Of a DNA stretch of 64,000 nucleotides, positions 22,096 through 32,560 are shown one piece after another. The notes under the pieces were generated by a model that searched no databases, was not told the DNA's origin, and worked only from the letters and a program-made list of their open reading frames with translations. The DNA is from an uncultured Actinomycetota bacterium. Its GTDB lineage: Bacteria > Actinomycetota > Actinomycetes > Propionibacteriales > Nocardioidaceae. Numbering within the stretch: the first letter of the stretch is position 1; each line of letters starts with the position of its first letter. The position numbers and the translations under genes were made by a program. Location: the NCBI GenBank assembly GCA_963745795.1, contig CAVUYR010000006.1, forward strand, positions 504,692 to 568,691, written 5' to 3'.

Positions 22096-22428
22096 ATGAC
22101 CTCTCTCACCTCCACCGACCTCGGACACCACGCGCCGCACCGGCTGCGGACCTTCCTCGCGATCGCTGTGGCGGTCGCCGCCACCGTGACCCTGGTGGTC
22201 ATGGTGTTCGCGCAGCGGCAGGCGGCCTCGCCGCCGGCACCGGCGGCACCCGCGGCTCCCGCCTCCCACCAGGGGTGTCACCTGACCGCGGACGCGGCGG
22301 CGGCGTGGCTTGGGCACGGTGCCTGCGGAGGACCGGCCGAGATCGCCGGCCGGCACTGCTCGGGATCCGCGGACGCGGCCGAGCACTGGATCAGGAGCAG
22401 CCGACGGCTCCCGGGCTGCATCAGCTGA
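22096..22428 (+). CDS. Small membrane-anchored/secreted protein with two Cys-loop repeats
   Basis: RBS GAAGGA; hydrophobic N-terminal helix, Pro/Ala linker, repeats CHLTADAAAAW..C and CSGSADAAEHW..C. Confidence 0.7.
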   Translation: MTSLTSTDLGHHAPHRLRTFLAIAVAVAATVTLVVMVFAQRQAASPPAPAAPAAPASHQGCHLTADAAAAWLGHGACGGPAEIAGRHCSGSADAAEHWIRSSRRLPGCIS

Positions 22429-23266
22429 GGGGCGGTGGGCGGCCGGGGTCCGGGTCCCCGGCCGCTCGGCGTTGCGCGACGTAGCACGCCACGGCGCACG
22501 CGGCGGCGACGTTGAGCGAGTCGATGCCCGCCGCCATCGGGATTACGGCACGGCGGGACGCCGAGGCGGTCCAGCGCGGCGAAAGTCCGTGGCCCTCCGT
22601 ACCCAGCACGAGGGCCAGCCGGTCGACGCCGGACACCGCCTCGTCGACGGGTACGGCATCGTCGGCCAGGGTGAGTGCGACCGTCGTGAACCCACGGGCT
22701 TCCAGCGCCGGCATGGCGTCGTACCACTCGTCGAGCCGGGTCCACGGCATGGTGAAGACGGCGCCCATGCCGACCTTCACCGACCGCCGGTAGAGCGGGT
22801 CGGCGCAGCGCGGCGAGAGCAGCACGGCGTCCACGCCGAGCGCGGCGCCGCTGCGCATGATCGCGCCGACGTTGGTGTGGTCGACGACGTCCTCCAGCAC
22901 CAGCACGGTCCGCGCCTTGTCGAGCACCTCGTCCAGGGCGGGTAACGGCTTGCGTTCCAGGGACGCCAGCGCGCCACGGTGCACGTGGAAGCCGGTCACC
23001 TGCTCGGCGAGCGCCTCGGACACGACGAAGCACGGGGCATCGGTGCCTGCGAGCACGTCGGCCAGGCCGTCCAGCCAGCGCGGGGCCATCACGAACGACC
23101 GGGGCACGTAGCCCGCCTCGACGGCCCGTCGTACCACCTTCTCGCCCTCGGCCAGGAACAGCCCGTGCACCGCCTCGAGGTGTATCCGGAGCTGGACGTC
23201 GCGGAGGTCCCGGTAGTCGGCCAGCCGCGGGTCGGCGGCGTCGGTGACCTCGATCAGCGTCGCCAC
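22421..23266 (-). CDS. TrmH/SpoU-family RNA methyltransferase
   Basis: VATLIEVTDAADPRLADY, LEDVVDHTNVGAIMRS, LGTEGHGL, IPMAAGIDSLNVAAA. Confidence 0.9.
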   Translation of the reverse strand: MATLIEVTDAADPRLADYRDLRDVQLRIHLEAVHGLFLAEGEKVVRRAVEAGYVPRSFVMAPRWLDGLADVLAGTDAPCFVVSEALAEQVTGFHVHRGALASLERKPLPALDEVLDKARTVLVLEDVVDHTNVGAIMRSGAALGVDAVLLSPRCADPLYRRSVKVGMGAVFTMPWTRLDEWYDAMPALEARGFTTVALTLADDAVPVDEAVSGVDRLALVLGTEGHGLSPRWTASASRRAVIPMAAGIDSLNVAAACAVACYVAQRRAAGDPDPGRPPPLS

Positions 23267-23270
23267 CGGG

Positions 23271-23919
23271 TCACCGGGCGAAGGCGGCCTTGACGGACAC
23301 CCACTGCTGCTCGGCCCAGCTGCTCCAGCTCGGCGCGGATGTCGGGCGACAGCTCCACGAACGACGTCCCGACAGTCGCCGCGACCAGCCCGGCCAGATC
23401 GAGCACGTCCACCACCTGCTGGGGCTGCCCGGGGTGCGGGTGGTCCATGACGAGAGCCCGCACCCGCACAGACACGTCGCTGTCGCCGTGGTTGACCAGA
23501 GCCAGCCGGGCGAGCCCGGGGTCGCCGGGCCGTACCTCGCGGTCCTGTACGTCGGACGTGACCACCTCGACCACGCCGCGCACGGCCGGGAAGGCGACCT
23601 CCTCGACGGCCTCGACCTGCACCTGGACCGACCGGACCAGCTCCGCGCCGGGCCCGGAGAACGACAGGAAGTCGACGTTCTCGCCCGGCACCAGCACCTG
23701 GCCGCCCTCGAGGCTTCCGTGGACGCTGCGGACGGTGACCTCGGGCAAGGGCTGACCGAGGGTGTCGGACATCGCAACCTGCCCGGCCAGCACCACCGCC
23801 TGGGTCGTCCGGTTGTGGATCGAGAGGCACTGGTCGACGACGCCGGAGGGGGCGAGAGCCCGGTACTCGAAGCGGAGGGACGGCTTCCGGGTCCCGCCGA
23901 ACAGGGGGGTCATCGGCAC
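23271..23919 (-). CDS. Hypothetical protein (probable indel near 23320)
   Basis: 221-aa ORF with plausible composition between two same-strand genes; alternative frame ends QQWVSVKAAFAR just before the TrmH start. Confidence 0.5.
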
Positions 23920-23929
23920 GTCATGGCCG

Positions 23930-24781
23930 TCACGGGCTGTGTGGGAACGCGGTGCGTACGGCGGCCATGTCGTCGGCTCCGTGCCCCTCGGCAGACGCGG
24001 TCTCGAACAGCCTGCGGACGCTCCGCAGCAGGTCGGACGGGAAGTCGGCCCCCTCGGCGGCGTCGATCATCAGGCTGAGGTCCTTGACCACGCCGTCGAC
24101 CGCGAAGGACGTGGTCCAGCTGCCCTCGATCATGGCCGCGCCCTTGAGCTGCAGGTAGGGGCTGTCCGCGGCGCCCCCCTTGATCGCCTCCAACACGAGA
24201 CGGGGGTCGACACCGAGCGCCTGGCCAAGGGCAAGGGACTGCGCCGCTCCGGCGGTGATCAGCCCGACCCAGGAGTTCGTGGCCAGCTTCAGGGCGCTTG
24301 CCTGCCCAACGACGTCGCCCGCGACCACCGTCCGGCTGCCGATGGCGTCGAAGACCGGTTTCGCCTTCTCCAGCAGTTCCGCCGGCCCGGACGCGAGGAC
24401 CACGAGCGCGCCGTCCTGGGCGGGCTTCTTCGTGCCGAGGACGGGTGCGTCGACGATCTGCCCGCCGGCTGCCTCGGCGATCCGTCGCGCACCGTCTGGC
24501 CCGACCGTGCTGGTCTGGATCCACACCGCGTCGGCATCGAGGGCACCGGCGATCTCCCCGGTGACGGCGAGCACGGCGTCGGTGTCGAAGAGCACCGTGA
24601 CCACGGCGTCGCTCCCGGACACGGCCTCGGCGACCGACCCGGCGGCCGTCACTCCGTCGCCGGCGACGGCCTCGGCCCTGGCGGCGGTGCGGTTCCAGAC
24701 CACGACCTCGTGGCCCTCCCGTGCCAGTGAGCCGGCCATGCCGGCGCCCATGATCCCGGTCCCGATGACTGCTACCCGCAT
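23930..24781 (-). CDS. NAD(P)-dependent beta-hydroxyacid dehydrogenase (3-hydroxyisobutyrate DH family)
   Basis: IGTGIMGAGMA, WNRT, VDAPVLG, LKLATN, KDL. Confidence 0.9.
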   Translation of the reverse strand: MRVAVIGTGIMGAGMAGSLAREGHEVVVWNRTAARAEAVAGDGVTAAGSVAEAVSGSDAVVTVLFDTDAVLAVTGEIAGALDADAVWIQTSTVGPDGARRIAEAAGGQIVDAPVLGTKKPAQDGALVVLASGPAELLEKAKPVFDAIGSRTVVAGDVVGQASALKLATNSWVGLITAGAAQSLALGQALGVDPRLVLEAIKGGAADSPYLQLKGAAMIEGSWTTSFAVDGVVKDLSLMIDAAEGADFPSDLLRSVRRLFETASAEGHGADDMAAVRTAFPHSP

Positions 24782-24788
24782 GGCGCCA

Positions 24789-26027
24789 CTATGCCAAGGG
24801 TCCGAAGTGCTCCGGGTGGGCCACCGCCACCACGTCCCCCACGACGATGATCGCGGGGGGCCGTACGTCGTGCGTGGCGATGTCGTCGCGGATGCTGCCG
24901 AGCGTGCCGAGGACGGTGCGCTCCCCCGGCATCGTGCCGTCGCAGACGATCCCGACCGGGGTCCGTGGGGACCGTCCGGCCGCGACCAGCGCCTCCGCGA
25001 TCGCGGGCGCGTTCGCGACCGCCATCATCAGCACGACCGTGCCGCGCAGCCGACCGAGGGCGTCCCAGTCGACCAGCGAGTCCTCGTGGCCCGGCGGCAG
25101 ATGACCCGAGACGACGGTGAAGTCGTGCGCGACTCCGCGGTGCGTGACCGGGATGCCCGCGACGGCCGGGACGGCCAGCGGGCTGCTGATCCCGGGAACC
25201 ACGGTGACCGGCACCCCGGCCGCCTGGCACGCCTCTACCTCCTCGTAGCCCCGGCCGAACACGAAGCTGTCGCCGCCCTTGAACCTCGCCACGCGCTTGC
25301 CGGCCAGGGCACGTTCCACGATCACCCGGTTGATCTCCTCCTGCGCGGTGAAGCGGCCACGCGGGAGCTTCGCGACGTCGATCAGCTCGACGTCGGGCGG
25401 CAGCTCACCGAGCAGCTCGCGCGGCGCCAGCCGGTCGGCGACGACCACGTCCGCCTCCATCAGCGCCTTGCGTCCGGCGACCGTGACCAGCTCCGGGTCG
25501 CCCGGACCACCGCCGATCAGCACCACCCCGGCCGTCCGCTCGCGGTGCCGCGGCGCCGCGATCGCGCCGTCCCGCAGCCCGGCCAGGATCTCGTCGCGGA
25601 CGTACGCCGAGCGCCGCGGGTCGCGGCCACCGACGAAGTTGTCGAGGACGGCGACGGTGACGATGTCGTGCCGGCCCACGGCCGGGGTCCAGGCCGTGGC
25701 GCGCGTGGCGTCGTCCGAACGCACGCAGAAGGTGTGCTGGGCCTCGGCCTCCGCGGAGACCAGCTCGTTGACCTCGCGGTCGTCGGTCGCCGCGATCACG
25801 TACCAGGCGCCGGCGAGGTCACCGGACCGGTAGCCGCGCAGCACCAGCGTGATCTCGTCGCCCAGCCCCTCGATCGCGGGTGTCACCTCGGGCGAGACCA
25901 CCGTGACCTCGGCCCCGACGGCGAGCAGCGTCGGCACCCGGCGCTGGGCGACGTGCCCACCGCCGACGACGACGACCCGTCGTCCGGCCAGGCGCAGACC
26001 GGCGGGGTACGTCGCGAAGTCGGTCAC
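24789..26027 (-). CDS. cysG: Siroheme synthase / uroporphyrinogen-III C-methyltransferase
   Basis: N-terminal VVVVGGGHVAQRR dehydrogenase domain; LIGGGPGDPELVT, RFKGGDSFVFGRGYEE, VPGISS. Confidence 0.9.
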   Translation of the reverse strand: MTDFATYPAGLRLAGRRVVVVGGGHVAQRRVPTLLAVGAEVTVVSPEVTPAIEGLGDEITLVLRGYRSGDLAGAWYVIAATDDREVNELVSAEAEAQHTFCVRSDDATRATAWTPAVGRHDIVTVAVLDNFVGGRDPRRSAYVRDEILAGLRDGAIAAPRHRERTAGVVLIGGGPGDPELVTVAGRKALMEADVVVADRLAPRELLGELPPDVELIDVAKLPRGRFTAQEEINRVIVERALAGKRVARFKGGDSFVFGRGYEEVEACQAAGVPVTVVPGISSPLAVPAVAGIPVTHRGVAHDFTVVSGHLPPGHEDSLVDWDALGRLRGTVVLMMAVANAPAIAEALVAAGRSPRTPVGIVCDGTMPGERTVLGTLGSIRDDIATHDVRPPAIIVVGDVVAVAHPEHFGPLA

Positions 26028-26123
26028 GACCCCATCGAACCCCCCACGCGATGAGGCGTTGGCCCGCGACCACGGGTCGGACTACGTTGGCGAAGACCGA
26101 TCACCGTCCCGCCAGGAGCCAGC

Positions 26124-26651
26124 ATGAGCCTCGAACGCCCCGTCTCCCCCGACCCCTACGAGCTGCTGCCGCAGGTGCCGTCGTTCACGGTCACCAGCGA
26201 CGACGTCACGGACGGGCAGCCGCTCAAGGACGACCAGGTCGCCGACGCCGGCAACACCTCACCGCAGCTGTCCTGGTCCGGCGCTCCCGAGGGCACCAGG
26301 AGCTTCACGGTCACCTGCTTCGACCCCGACGCGCCCACGCCGAGCGGCTTCTGGCACTGGGTGCTGGTCGACCTGCCGGCCGACACCACGTCCCTCGACG
26401 CAGGGGCCGGAGCCGAAGGAGCCGACCTGCCGGGCAAGGCCTTCATGTGCCGCAACGACGGCGGCGGCCACGGGTTCATGGGTGCCGCACCCCCGGAGGG
26501 CGACCAGGTGCACCGCTACTACTTCGTGGTCCACGCCGTGAGGGAGGAGACCCTCGGCGTCGACTCCGACGCCTCCCCCGCGGTGGTGTCGTTCAACCTG
26601 GTCTTCAAGACGGCCGGCCGGGCGATCGTGCAGGGGACGTACCAGCACTGA
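26124..26651 (+). CDS. YbhB/YbcL-family PEBP protein
   Basis: [35 protein letters not shown]. Confidence 0.92.
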   Translation: MSLERPVSPDPYELLPQVPSFTVTSDDVTDGQPLKDDQVADAGNTSPQLSWSGAPEGTRSFTVTCFDPDAPTPSGFWHWVLVDLPADTTSLDAGAGAEGADLPGKAFMCRNDGGGHGFMGAAPPEGDQVHRYYFVVHAVREETLGVDSDASPAVVSFNLVFKTAGRAIVQGTYQH

Positions 26652-26678
26652 TCGACCACCGCTGCATCCACGACAGTT

Positions 26679-26699
26679 GTTCTTGACTCGTTCCAGAAC
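26679..26699. promoter_or_regulatory. FurA-like box upstream of catalase
   Basis: GTTCTTGACTCGTTCCAGAAC resembles the mycobacterial FurA operator (TCTTGACT..TTCCAGA, from memory). Confidence 0.6.
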
Positions 26700-26718
26700 C
26701 GCTGGTTGGGTCGAGGAC

Positions 26719-28329
26719 ATGACATCCTCCCCTGATCTCCCGCAGCCGACCGACAGCTCGATCGCGACCGCGCCGTCCGAGGAGGCCCGCCTCGGGTCCA
26801 ACACCGAGACGGGCGCCCCGGCGCCGAGCGACCGGAACTCGCTGACCCTGGGCTCCGACGGCCCGATCCTGCTGCACGACCACCACTTCCTGAACCAGAT
26901 GGCGCACTTCAACCGCGAGCGCGTGCCCGAGCGCAACGTGCACGCGAAGGGCTCGGGCGCCTTCGGCGAGTTCGAGACCACCGAGGACGTCTCGCGCGTA
27001 CACCAAGGCCGCGCTGTTCCAGCCCGGCGTCAGCGACCGACATGCTGGCCCGCTTCTCGACCGTCGCCGGCGAGCAGGGCTCGCCCGGACACCTGGCGCG
27101 ACCCGCGCGGCTTCGCGCTGAAGTTCTACACGACCGAGGGCAACTACGACCTCGTCGGCAACAACACCCCGGTCTTCTTCGTCCGCGACACGATGAAGTT
27201 CCCGCACTTCATCCGGTCCCAGAAGCGTCGCGGCGGCAGCGGGCTGCGCGACAACAACATGCAGTGGGACTTCTGGACGCTCAACCCGGAGTCGGCGCAC
27301 CAGGTGACCTACCTGATGGGCGACCGCGGCATCCCGCGCACGTGGCGGCACATGAACGGCTACGGCTCGCACACCTACATGTGGATCAACGCCGCCGGCG
27401 AGAAGTACTGGGTGAAGTACCACTTCCACACCGACCAGGGCGTGCGAGGACCTCACCGACGACGACGCGACCGCGGATCGCCGGCGAGGACGCCGACTTC
27501 CACCGCCGCGACCTGTTCGAGCGTCGATCGACGCGGGCGACTACCCGTCGTGGACGCTGTCGATCCAGGTGATGCCCTACGAGGACGCCAAGACCTACCG
27601 GTTCAACCCGTTCGACCTGACCAAGGTCTGGCCGCACAGCGACTACCCGCTGATCAAGGTCGGCACGATGACGCTCAACCGCAACCCCGAGAACTTCTTC
27701 GCCCAGATCGAGCAGGCGGCGTTCGAGCCGAGCGCGGTCGTGCCGGGCATCGGCTTCAGCCCGGACAAGATGCTGCTCGGCCGGGTGTTCGCCTACTCCG
27801 ACACCCACCGCTACCGGATCGGCGCCGAACTACCAGCAGCTGCCGGTCAACAAGCACCGGGTGGAGAACGCCAACACCTACACCCAGGACGGCGCGATGG
27901 CCTACGAGCACCGCGCCGACGACCCGGTCTACGCGCCCAACTCCTTCGGGCGCGGGTACGCCGACGAGGTCGGCGAGGTCGACCGAGGGCTGGGAGGCCG
28001 ACGGCGAGATGGTGCGTCAGGCCTACACGCTGCGCGCCGAGGACGACGACTTCGGCCAGGCCGGCACCCTGGTCCGGGAGGTCTGGAACGACGAGATCCG
28101 CGAGGCGTTCGTCAACACGGTCGCCGGTCACCTCCTCGGCGGTGTCGAGGGCGACGTGCTCGAGCGGGCCTTCCGGTACTGGACGAGCGTCGACGCCGAC
28201 ACCGGCAAGAAGATCGAGGAGCTGGTGCGCACCCAGCGCGAGGGCGACGCGCCCGGCGCCCAGCCCGATGCCGCGAAGACTGACGCAGGTACGCCGATCG
28301 TGGAGGATGCCACCCGGGCAGGCACCTGA
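26719..28329 (+). CDS. katA: Monofunctional haem catalase (frameshifted)
   Basis: [66 protein letters not shown]. Confidence 0.92.
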   Translation: MTSSPDLPQPTDSSIATAPSEEARLGSNTETGAPAPSDRNSLTLGSDGPILLHDHHFLNQMAHFNRERVPERNVHAKGSGAFGEFETTEDVSRVHQGRAVPARRQRPTCWPASRPSPASRARPDTWRDPRGFALKFYTTEGNYDLVGNNTPVFFVRDTMKFPHFIRSQKRRGGSGLRDNNMQWDFWTLNPESAHQVTYLMGDRGIPRTWRHMNGYGSHTYMWINAAGEKYWVKYHFHTDQGVRGPHRRRRDRGSPARTPTSTAATCSSVDRRGRLPVVDAVDPGDALRGRQDLPVQPVRPDQGLAAQRLPADQGRHDDAQPQPRELLRPDRAGGVRAERGRAGHRLQPGQDAARPGVRLLRHPPLPDRRRTTSSCRSTSTGWRTPTPTPRTARWPTSTAPTTRSTRPTPSGAGTPTRSARSTEGWEADGEMVRQAYTLRAEDDDFGQAGTLVREVWNDEIREAFVNTVAGHLLGGVEGDVLERAFRYWTSVDADTGKKIEELVRTQREGDAPGAQPDAAKTDAGTPIVEDATRAGT

Positions 28330-28379
28330 CGAACACTCCCCGGCGGGTGACGCCTGAGCAGGTGAGGGAGGATCCCCAC

Positions 28380-29333
28380 GTGACCGACCAGCAGGAGTCC
28401 ACCGACGTCCTCGGTGCGCCGTACACCGCCCGCACCCTGCCGTTGCGCCCGGACGACGAGGGTGAGGTGGTGGCGACGCTGGTGAGCCGGCGTGCCGCGC
28501 AGCCCACCAACCGGGCGGTGCTCCACGTGCACGGCTTCGCCGACTACTTCTTCCAGACCGTCGCCGCCGACTGGTGGGTGGAGCGCGGCTACGACTTCTA
28601 CGCACTCGACCTCCGCAAGTACGGCCGGTCGTGGCTGCGCCACCAGACGCCGACGTACGTCGCCGACTTCACGACCTACTACGAGGACCTCGACGCGGCC
28701 CTGGCCGTCGTCGCCGCCGAGCACGACCACGTGGTGATGAGCGCGCACTCCACCGGGGGGCTCACCGTGCCGCTGTGGCTGCACGACCGGCGGCCCGACC
28801 GGGTCGTCGGCGTCGTGCTCAACTCGCCGTGGCTGGAGATGAACGCCGGCCTGCTCATGCGCACGCTCGGCACCAAGGTGGTCGATGCGGTCGGCGCCCG
28901 GCAGCCGATGCGGCTGATCCCCCGCGACGTGAGCGGTCACTACGCGCGCAGCCTGCACCGCGACCACGCCGGCGAGTGGGACTTCGACCTGCGCTGGAAG
29001 CCGCTCGAGAGCTTCGCCGTGTACGCCGGCTGGCTGCGCGCCGTACGACGGGCGCACGCGCGGGTGCACCGGGGTCTCGAGGTCGGGGCGCCGGTCCTGG
29101 TGCTCAGCTCCACCCGGAGCGGCACCGAGGCCAAGCTCGGCGACGCGGCGATGTCCACCGACATCGTGCTCGACGTGGAGCAGATCCGGCACTGGGCGCC
29201 GTCGCTGGGCCGGCACGTCACCATCGCCCAGGTCGAGGGGGCGATGCATGACGTGACCCTGTCCCGGCAGCCCGCGCGCGACCGGGTGTTCGACGAGCTC
29301 GGCCGGTGGCTCGACGCCTACGTCGACCGATGA
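28380..29333 (+). CDS. Alpha/beta hydrolase (lysophospholipase-like)
   Basis: HVHGFADYFFQ, DLRKYGRS, AHSTGG nucleophile, D and H of the triad (DIVLDV, MHDV). Confidence 0.88.
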   Translation: MTDQQESTDVLGAPYTARTLPLRPDDEGEVVATLVSRRAAQPTNRAVLHVHGFADYFFQTVAADWWVERGYDFYALDLRKYGRSWLRHQTPTYVADFTTYYEDLDAALAVVAAEHDHVVMSAHSTGGLTVPLWLHDRRPDRVVGVVLNSPWLEMNAGLLMRTLGTKVVDAVGARQPMRLIPRDVSGHYARSLHRDHAGEWDFDLRWKPLESFAVYAGWLRAVRRAHARVHRGLEVGAPVLVLSSTRSGTEAKLGDAAMSTDIVLDVEQIRHWAPSLGRHVTIAQVEGAMHDVTLSRQPARDRVFDELGRWLDAYVDR

Positions 29334-29392
29334 CGCACCGGGACCCGGATTTGCGCTAGGACCTGTCGGCGCGCGCGTCTAGCCTCACGGGC

Positions 29393-30124
29393 ATGCCCCT
29401 CACCCTCGAACGCGCCCTCGCGGCCATCTCCGCGCACAGCCACGGGCTCGCCGACGACGCCCGCGGCAACCTCGCTGCTCGCGTGGAGCACTGCCCCGAC
29501 TGGAACGTCGGCGACCTGGTCTGGCACGTCACCGAGGTGCACTGGTTCTGGCGCACGATCGCCGGCGAGCGGCTGTCCGCCCCGGTCGACGAGAGCCGGC
29601 GCCCCACCCGGCCAACCGACGACGACCTGCTCGAGACGTTCCTGTCCGGTGCCGAGGACCTGGTCGAGACGCTGCGCACCGCCGACCAGTCCGCCGCATG
29701 CTGGACCTGGTTCCCGCCGCAGCAGGAGGTCGCCTTCATCACCCGGCACCAGGTGCAGGAGGCCGCGGTCCACCACTTCGACGCGGCCAACGCCGCCGGC
29801 CACGAGATCGCGATCGACCCGCAGGTGGCCGACGACTGCGTCGAGGAGTTCCTCACGACGTCCCTCGCCGAGGCCGACGACGTCGCCCGCCTCGGGCACA
29901 CCCTCGACGGCGAGCTGGTGCTCCGCGCCACCGACACCAAGCGGGTCTGGACGGTGCGCCAGGAGACGCCGCAGGCCGCGCTCACGTGGGAGGACGGCGG
30001 CAGACGGCCGACCGTCGAGGGCACCTCGGCCGAACTGATCCTGTGGGTCTACGGACGGGTCGACCTGCCGGTGGCCGACACGGACCTTGTCCAGCGGTTC
30101 CGGTCGCTGTCGAGCACCGACTGA
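29393..30124 (+). CDS. Mycothiol-dependent maleylpyruvate isomerase-family (DinB-like) protein
   Basis: VEHCPDWNVGDLVWH, HQVQEAAVHHFDA, C-terminal SCP2-like region. Confidence 0.85.
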   Translation: MPLTLERALAAISAHSHGLADDARGNLAARVEHCPDWNVGDLVWHVTEVHWFWRTIAGERLSAPVDESRRPTRPTDDDLLETFLSGAEDLVETLRTADQSAACWTWFPPQQEVAFITRHQVQEAAVHHFDAANAAGHEIAIDPQVADDCVEEFLTTSLAEADDVARLGHTLDGELVLRATDTKRVWTVRQETPQAALTWEDGGRRPTVEGTSAELILWVYGRVDLPVADTDLVQRFRSLSSTD

Positions 30125-30127
30125 GCC

Positions 30128-31273
30128 GTGTCGCTGCCGCACCTGACACCCCGGGAGGTCCGGGCCCGCCGGCTGGCGCGGCACGGGCTCACCCGTGCCC
30201 TCGCGGACCCGACGCCGGCCGGCGCTGCTGCCGCGATGCATGCGGCGCATGCCCAGGTGATGTCGGCGGCGGAGGTGTCGGTGGCGATCCGGCTGCCGGG
30301 AAGCACCAGGCAGACGGTGCGGGAGGCGGTGGCGGACGGCTCGCTGACAAAGACGTTCGGCCCCCGCGGCACCCTCCACCTGGTGCCCACCCGTGACCTC
30401 GCGCTCTGGGTGGGCGCCCTGGGCAACGTGCCGCGCGGCGCCAACCGGTTCCCCGCCGACGTCCGGCTCACCGAGGCGCAGGCCGATGAGGTGGTGGCCG
30501 CGGTGGGCGAGACACTGCTCGAGGGCCAGCTCACGGCCGACGAGCTCGACGCCGAGGTGGTCGCGCGCACGGGATCGTGGGCGGGCGACCTGGTGATGCC
30601 TGCGTTCCAGGGGTTCTGGCCCCGCTGGCGGCAGGCGGTCGCCCGGTGCGCCCACGACGGCGTGCTGGTCTTCGGGGCCGACCGCGGGCGCAAGGTCACC
30701 TACACCAACCCACGCCGCCGCGACCCGGACTTCGCCCCGACTCCGCCCGAGGTCGCCGAGCCCTGGTTCGTGGCGGGCTACCTCCACGCCTACGGTCCCG
30801 CCACCCCCGCCGACCTGGCCCGGTGGAACGCCGCTCCCCTGCCCTGGGCGCGCGCCCTTCTCGACGCGGCTCCCACACAGGAGGTCGACGTCGACCGCGG
30901 CAGCGCCCTCGTCAATGCGGGCGACACCGCACCGGAGTCGCTCGGCAGGAGCGTGCGGCTGCTGCCCTACTTCGACGCGCTCGGCGTCGGCTTCGCGCCG
31001 CGGGAGGAGATGTTCCCCGGCCGCGCCTGGGAGCGCGCGCTCGCCCGCACCCAGGCCGGCAACTACCCGGTGCTCCTGGTCGACGGCGTCGTGCAGGGTG
31101 TCTGGCACCAGCGCCGTTCCGGACGCCGGATCGAGGTCACGGTCGAGACCTGGGCCGACCTCGGCACGACGCGGCTGCGGGCGCTCGACGCACAGGTGGC
31201 ACGGCTCGGCGAGATCCTCGAGGGGGATCCGCGGCTGACCCTGGGCGAGGTCACGGTCGGCGCGCACGCCTAG
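30128..31273 (+). other. HTH_42 AlkZ-like DNA glycosylase
   Basis: HAQ motif, AIR, GPRGTLHLV, YLHAYGPATPADLARW, VRLLPYFD, VLLVDGVVQGVW. Confidence 0.85.
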
Positions 31274-31283
31274 TCTCTCCCTC

Positions 31284-31808
31284 GTGACGACGCCCAGGCC
31301 GGACTGCTGGCTGCATCCCGACGTCCGTCCTGCACCGAGCCGGATCGCCGGGACCGGACTCTTCGCGACCGCGCCGCTCCCGGCCGGGGCGGAGGTGGCG
31401 AGGCTGGGTGGTCGGCTGGTGACGACGGCCGGCCTCCGGGAGCTGTTCGCGGCGAGTGATGCGTACGTCGACACGATCGTTGTCGATGACGACCGGCACC
31501 TGGTGCTGCCGTCCGGTACCGACCTCCACTTTGGCAACCACAGCTGCGAGCCGTCGGTCGGCTGGTCCGCGGGCTACACGCTGGTGGCACTGCGCGACCT
31601 CTCGCCCGGGGACGAGGTGACCCACGACTACGCGACCAGCACGGCTGACCCGTCGTACCTGCTCAGGTGCCACTGCGAGACCTACCGGTGCCGGCAGATG
31701 GTGGAGGGCACCGACTGGCGCATCCCGCAGCTCCAGCGGCGCTACGCCGGACACTGGCTGCCCTACCTCCAGCGGCTGATCGACGCGGCTAGCGCAGCAG
31801 CAGGCTGA
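31284..31808 (+). CDS. SET-domain protein with post-SET cysteines
   Basis: GTGLFA, FGNHSCEPS, ALRDLSPGDEVTHDY, CHCETYRCR. Confidence 0.88.
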   Translation: MTTPRPDCWLHPDVRPAPSRIAGTGLFATAPLPAGAEVARLGGRLVTTAGLRELFAASDAYVDTIVVDDDRHLVLPSGTDLHFGNHSCEPSVGWSAGYTLVALRDLSPGDEVTHDYATSTADPSYLLRCHCETYRCRQMVEGTDWRIPQLQRRYAGHWLPYLQRLIDAASAAAG

Positions 31809-32559
31809 TGATCGCCACCACGCCGACGACCACGATCACGCCGCGCAGCACGACGGGCGGGAGCCGGCGACCCACCGTTGCCCCGATCTGGCCGCCGACC
31901 ACGGATCCCACCGCGATCAGCGCGACCGCCCGCCAGTCGACATGGGAGACGAACAGGAAGACCACGGCGGCGATCCCGTTGACCAGCAGCGCCAGCACGT
32001 TCTTGGTGCCGTTGTGCCGCTGCATGCTGTCGACCACACCGATGCCCAGGATCGCCATCAGCAGCACCCCCTGCGCGGCGCCGAAGTAGCCGCCGTACAC
32101 GCCCGCGAGCAGCACCGCGGGCCACACCCACCAGACGCCGTGGTCGGGTACGCCGCCGCGCGACTCGGCGCGGGCCGCGACGCGCTTCGAGATGGCCGGG
32201 CCGAAGACCACCAGGAGCACGCCCAGCCCGATCAGCACCGGCACGATCGCGTCGAACGCCGACGGCGGCAGCACCAGCAGGAGCAGCGCCCCGACCACGG
32301 CGCCGACGACCGAGGCGGACCCGAGCCGGAGCACCCGCGAGCGCTGGCCTGCGAGCTCGGCGCGGTAGCCGATCGCCGCCGACAGGCTGCCCGGCACAAG
32401 GCCGACCGTGTTGGAGACGTTGGCGGTCACCGCGGGCAGGCCGCAGGCCAGCAACGTCGGGAACGTGACCAGGGTGCCCGACCCGACCACCGCGTTGATC
32501 GTGCCGGCCGCGACCCCGGCCAGGAGGACGGCGAGCGCCTCCCAGACCGACGAGATCAG
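31789..32559 (-). CDS. TauE/SafE (TSUP) family exporter; start uncertain
   Basis: WEALAVLLAGVAAGTINAVVGSGTLVTFP, GVYGGYFGAAQGV, NGTKN. Confidence 0.85.
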   Translation of the reverse strand: MISSVWEALAVLLAGVAAGTINAVVGSGTLVTFPTLLACGLPAVTANVSNTVGLVPGSLSAAIGYRAELAGQRSRVLRLGSASVVGAVVGALLLLVLPPSAFDAIVPVLIGLGVLLVVFGPAISKRVAARAESRGGVPDHGVWWVWPAVLLAGVYGGYFGAAQGVLLMAILGIGVVDSMQRHNGTKNVLALLVNGIAAVVFLFVSHVDWRAVALIAVGSVVGGQIGATVGRRLPPVVLRGVIVVVGVVAIISLLLR

Positions 32560-32560
32560 G

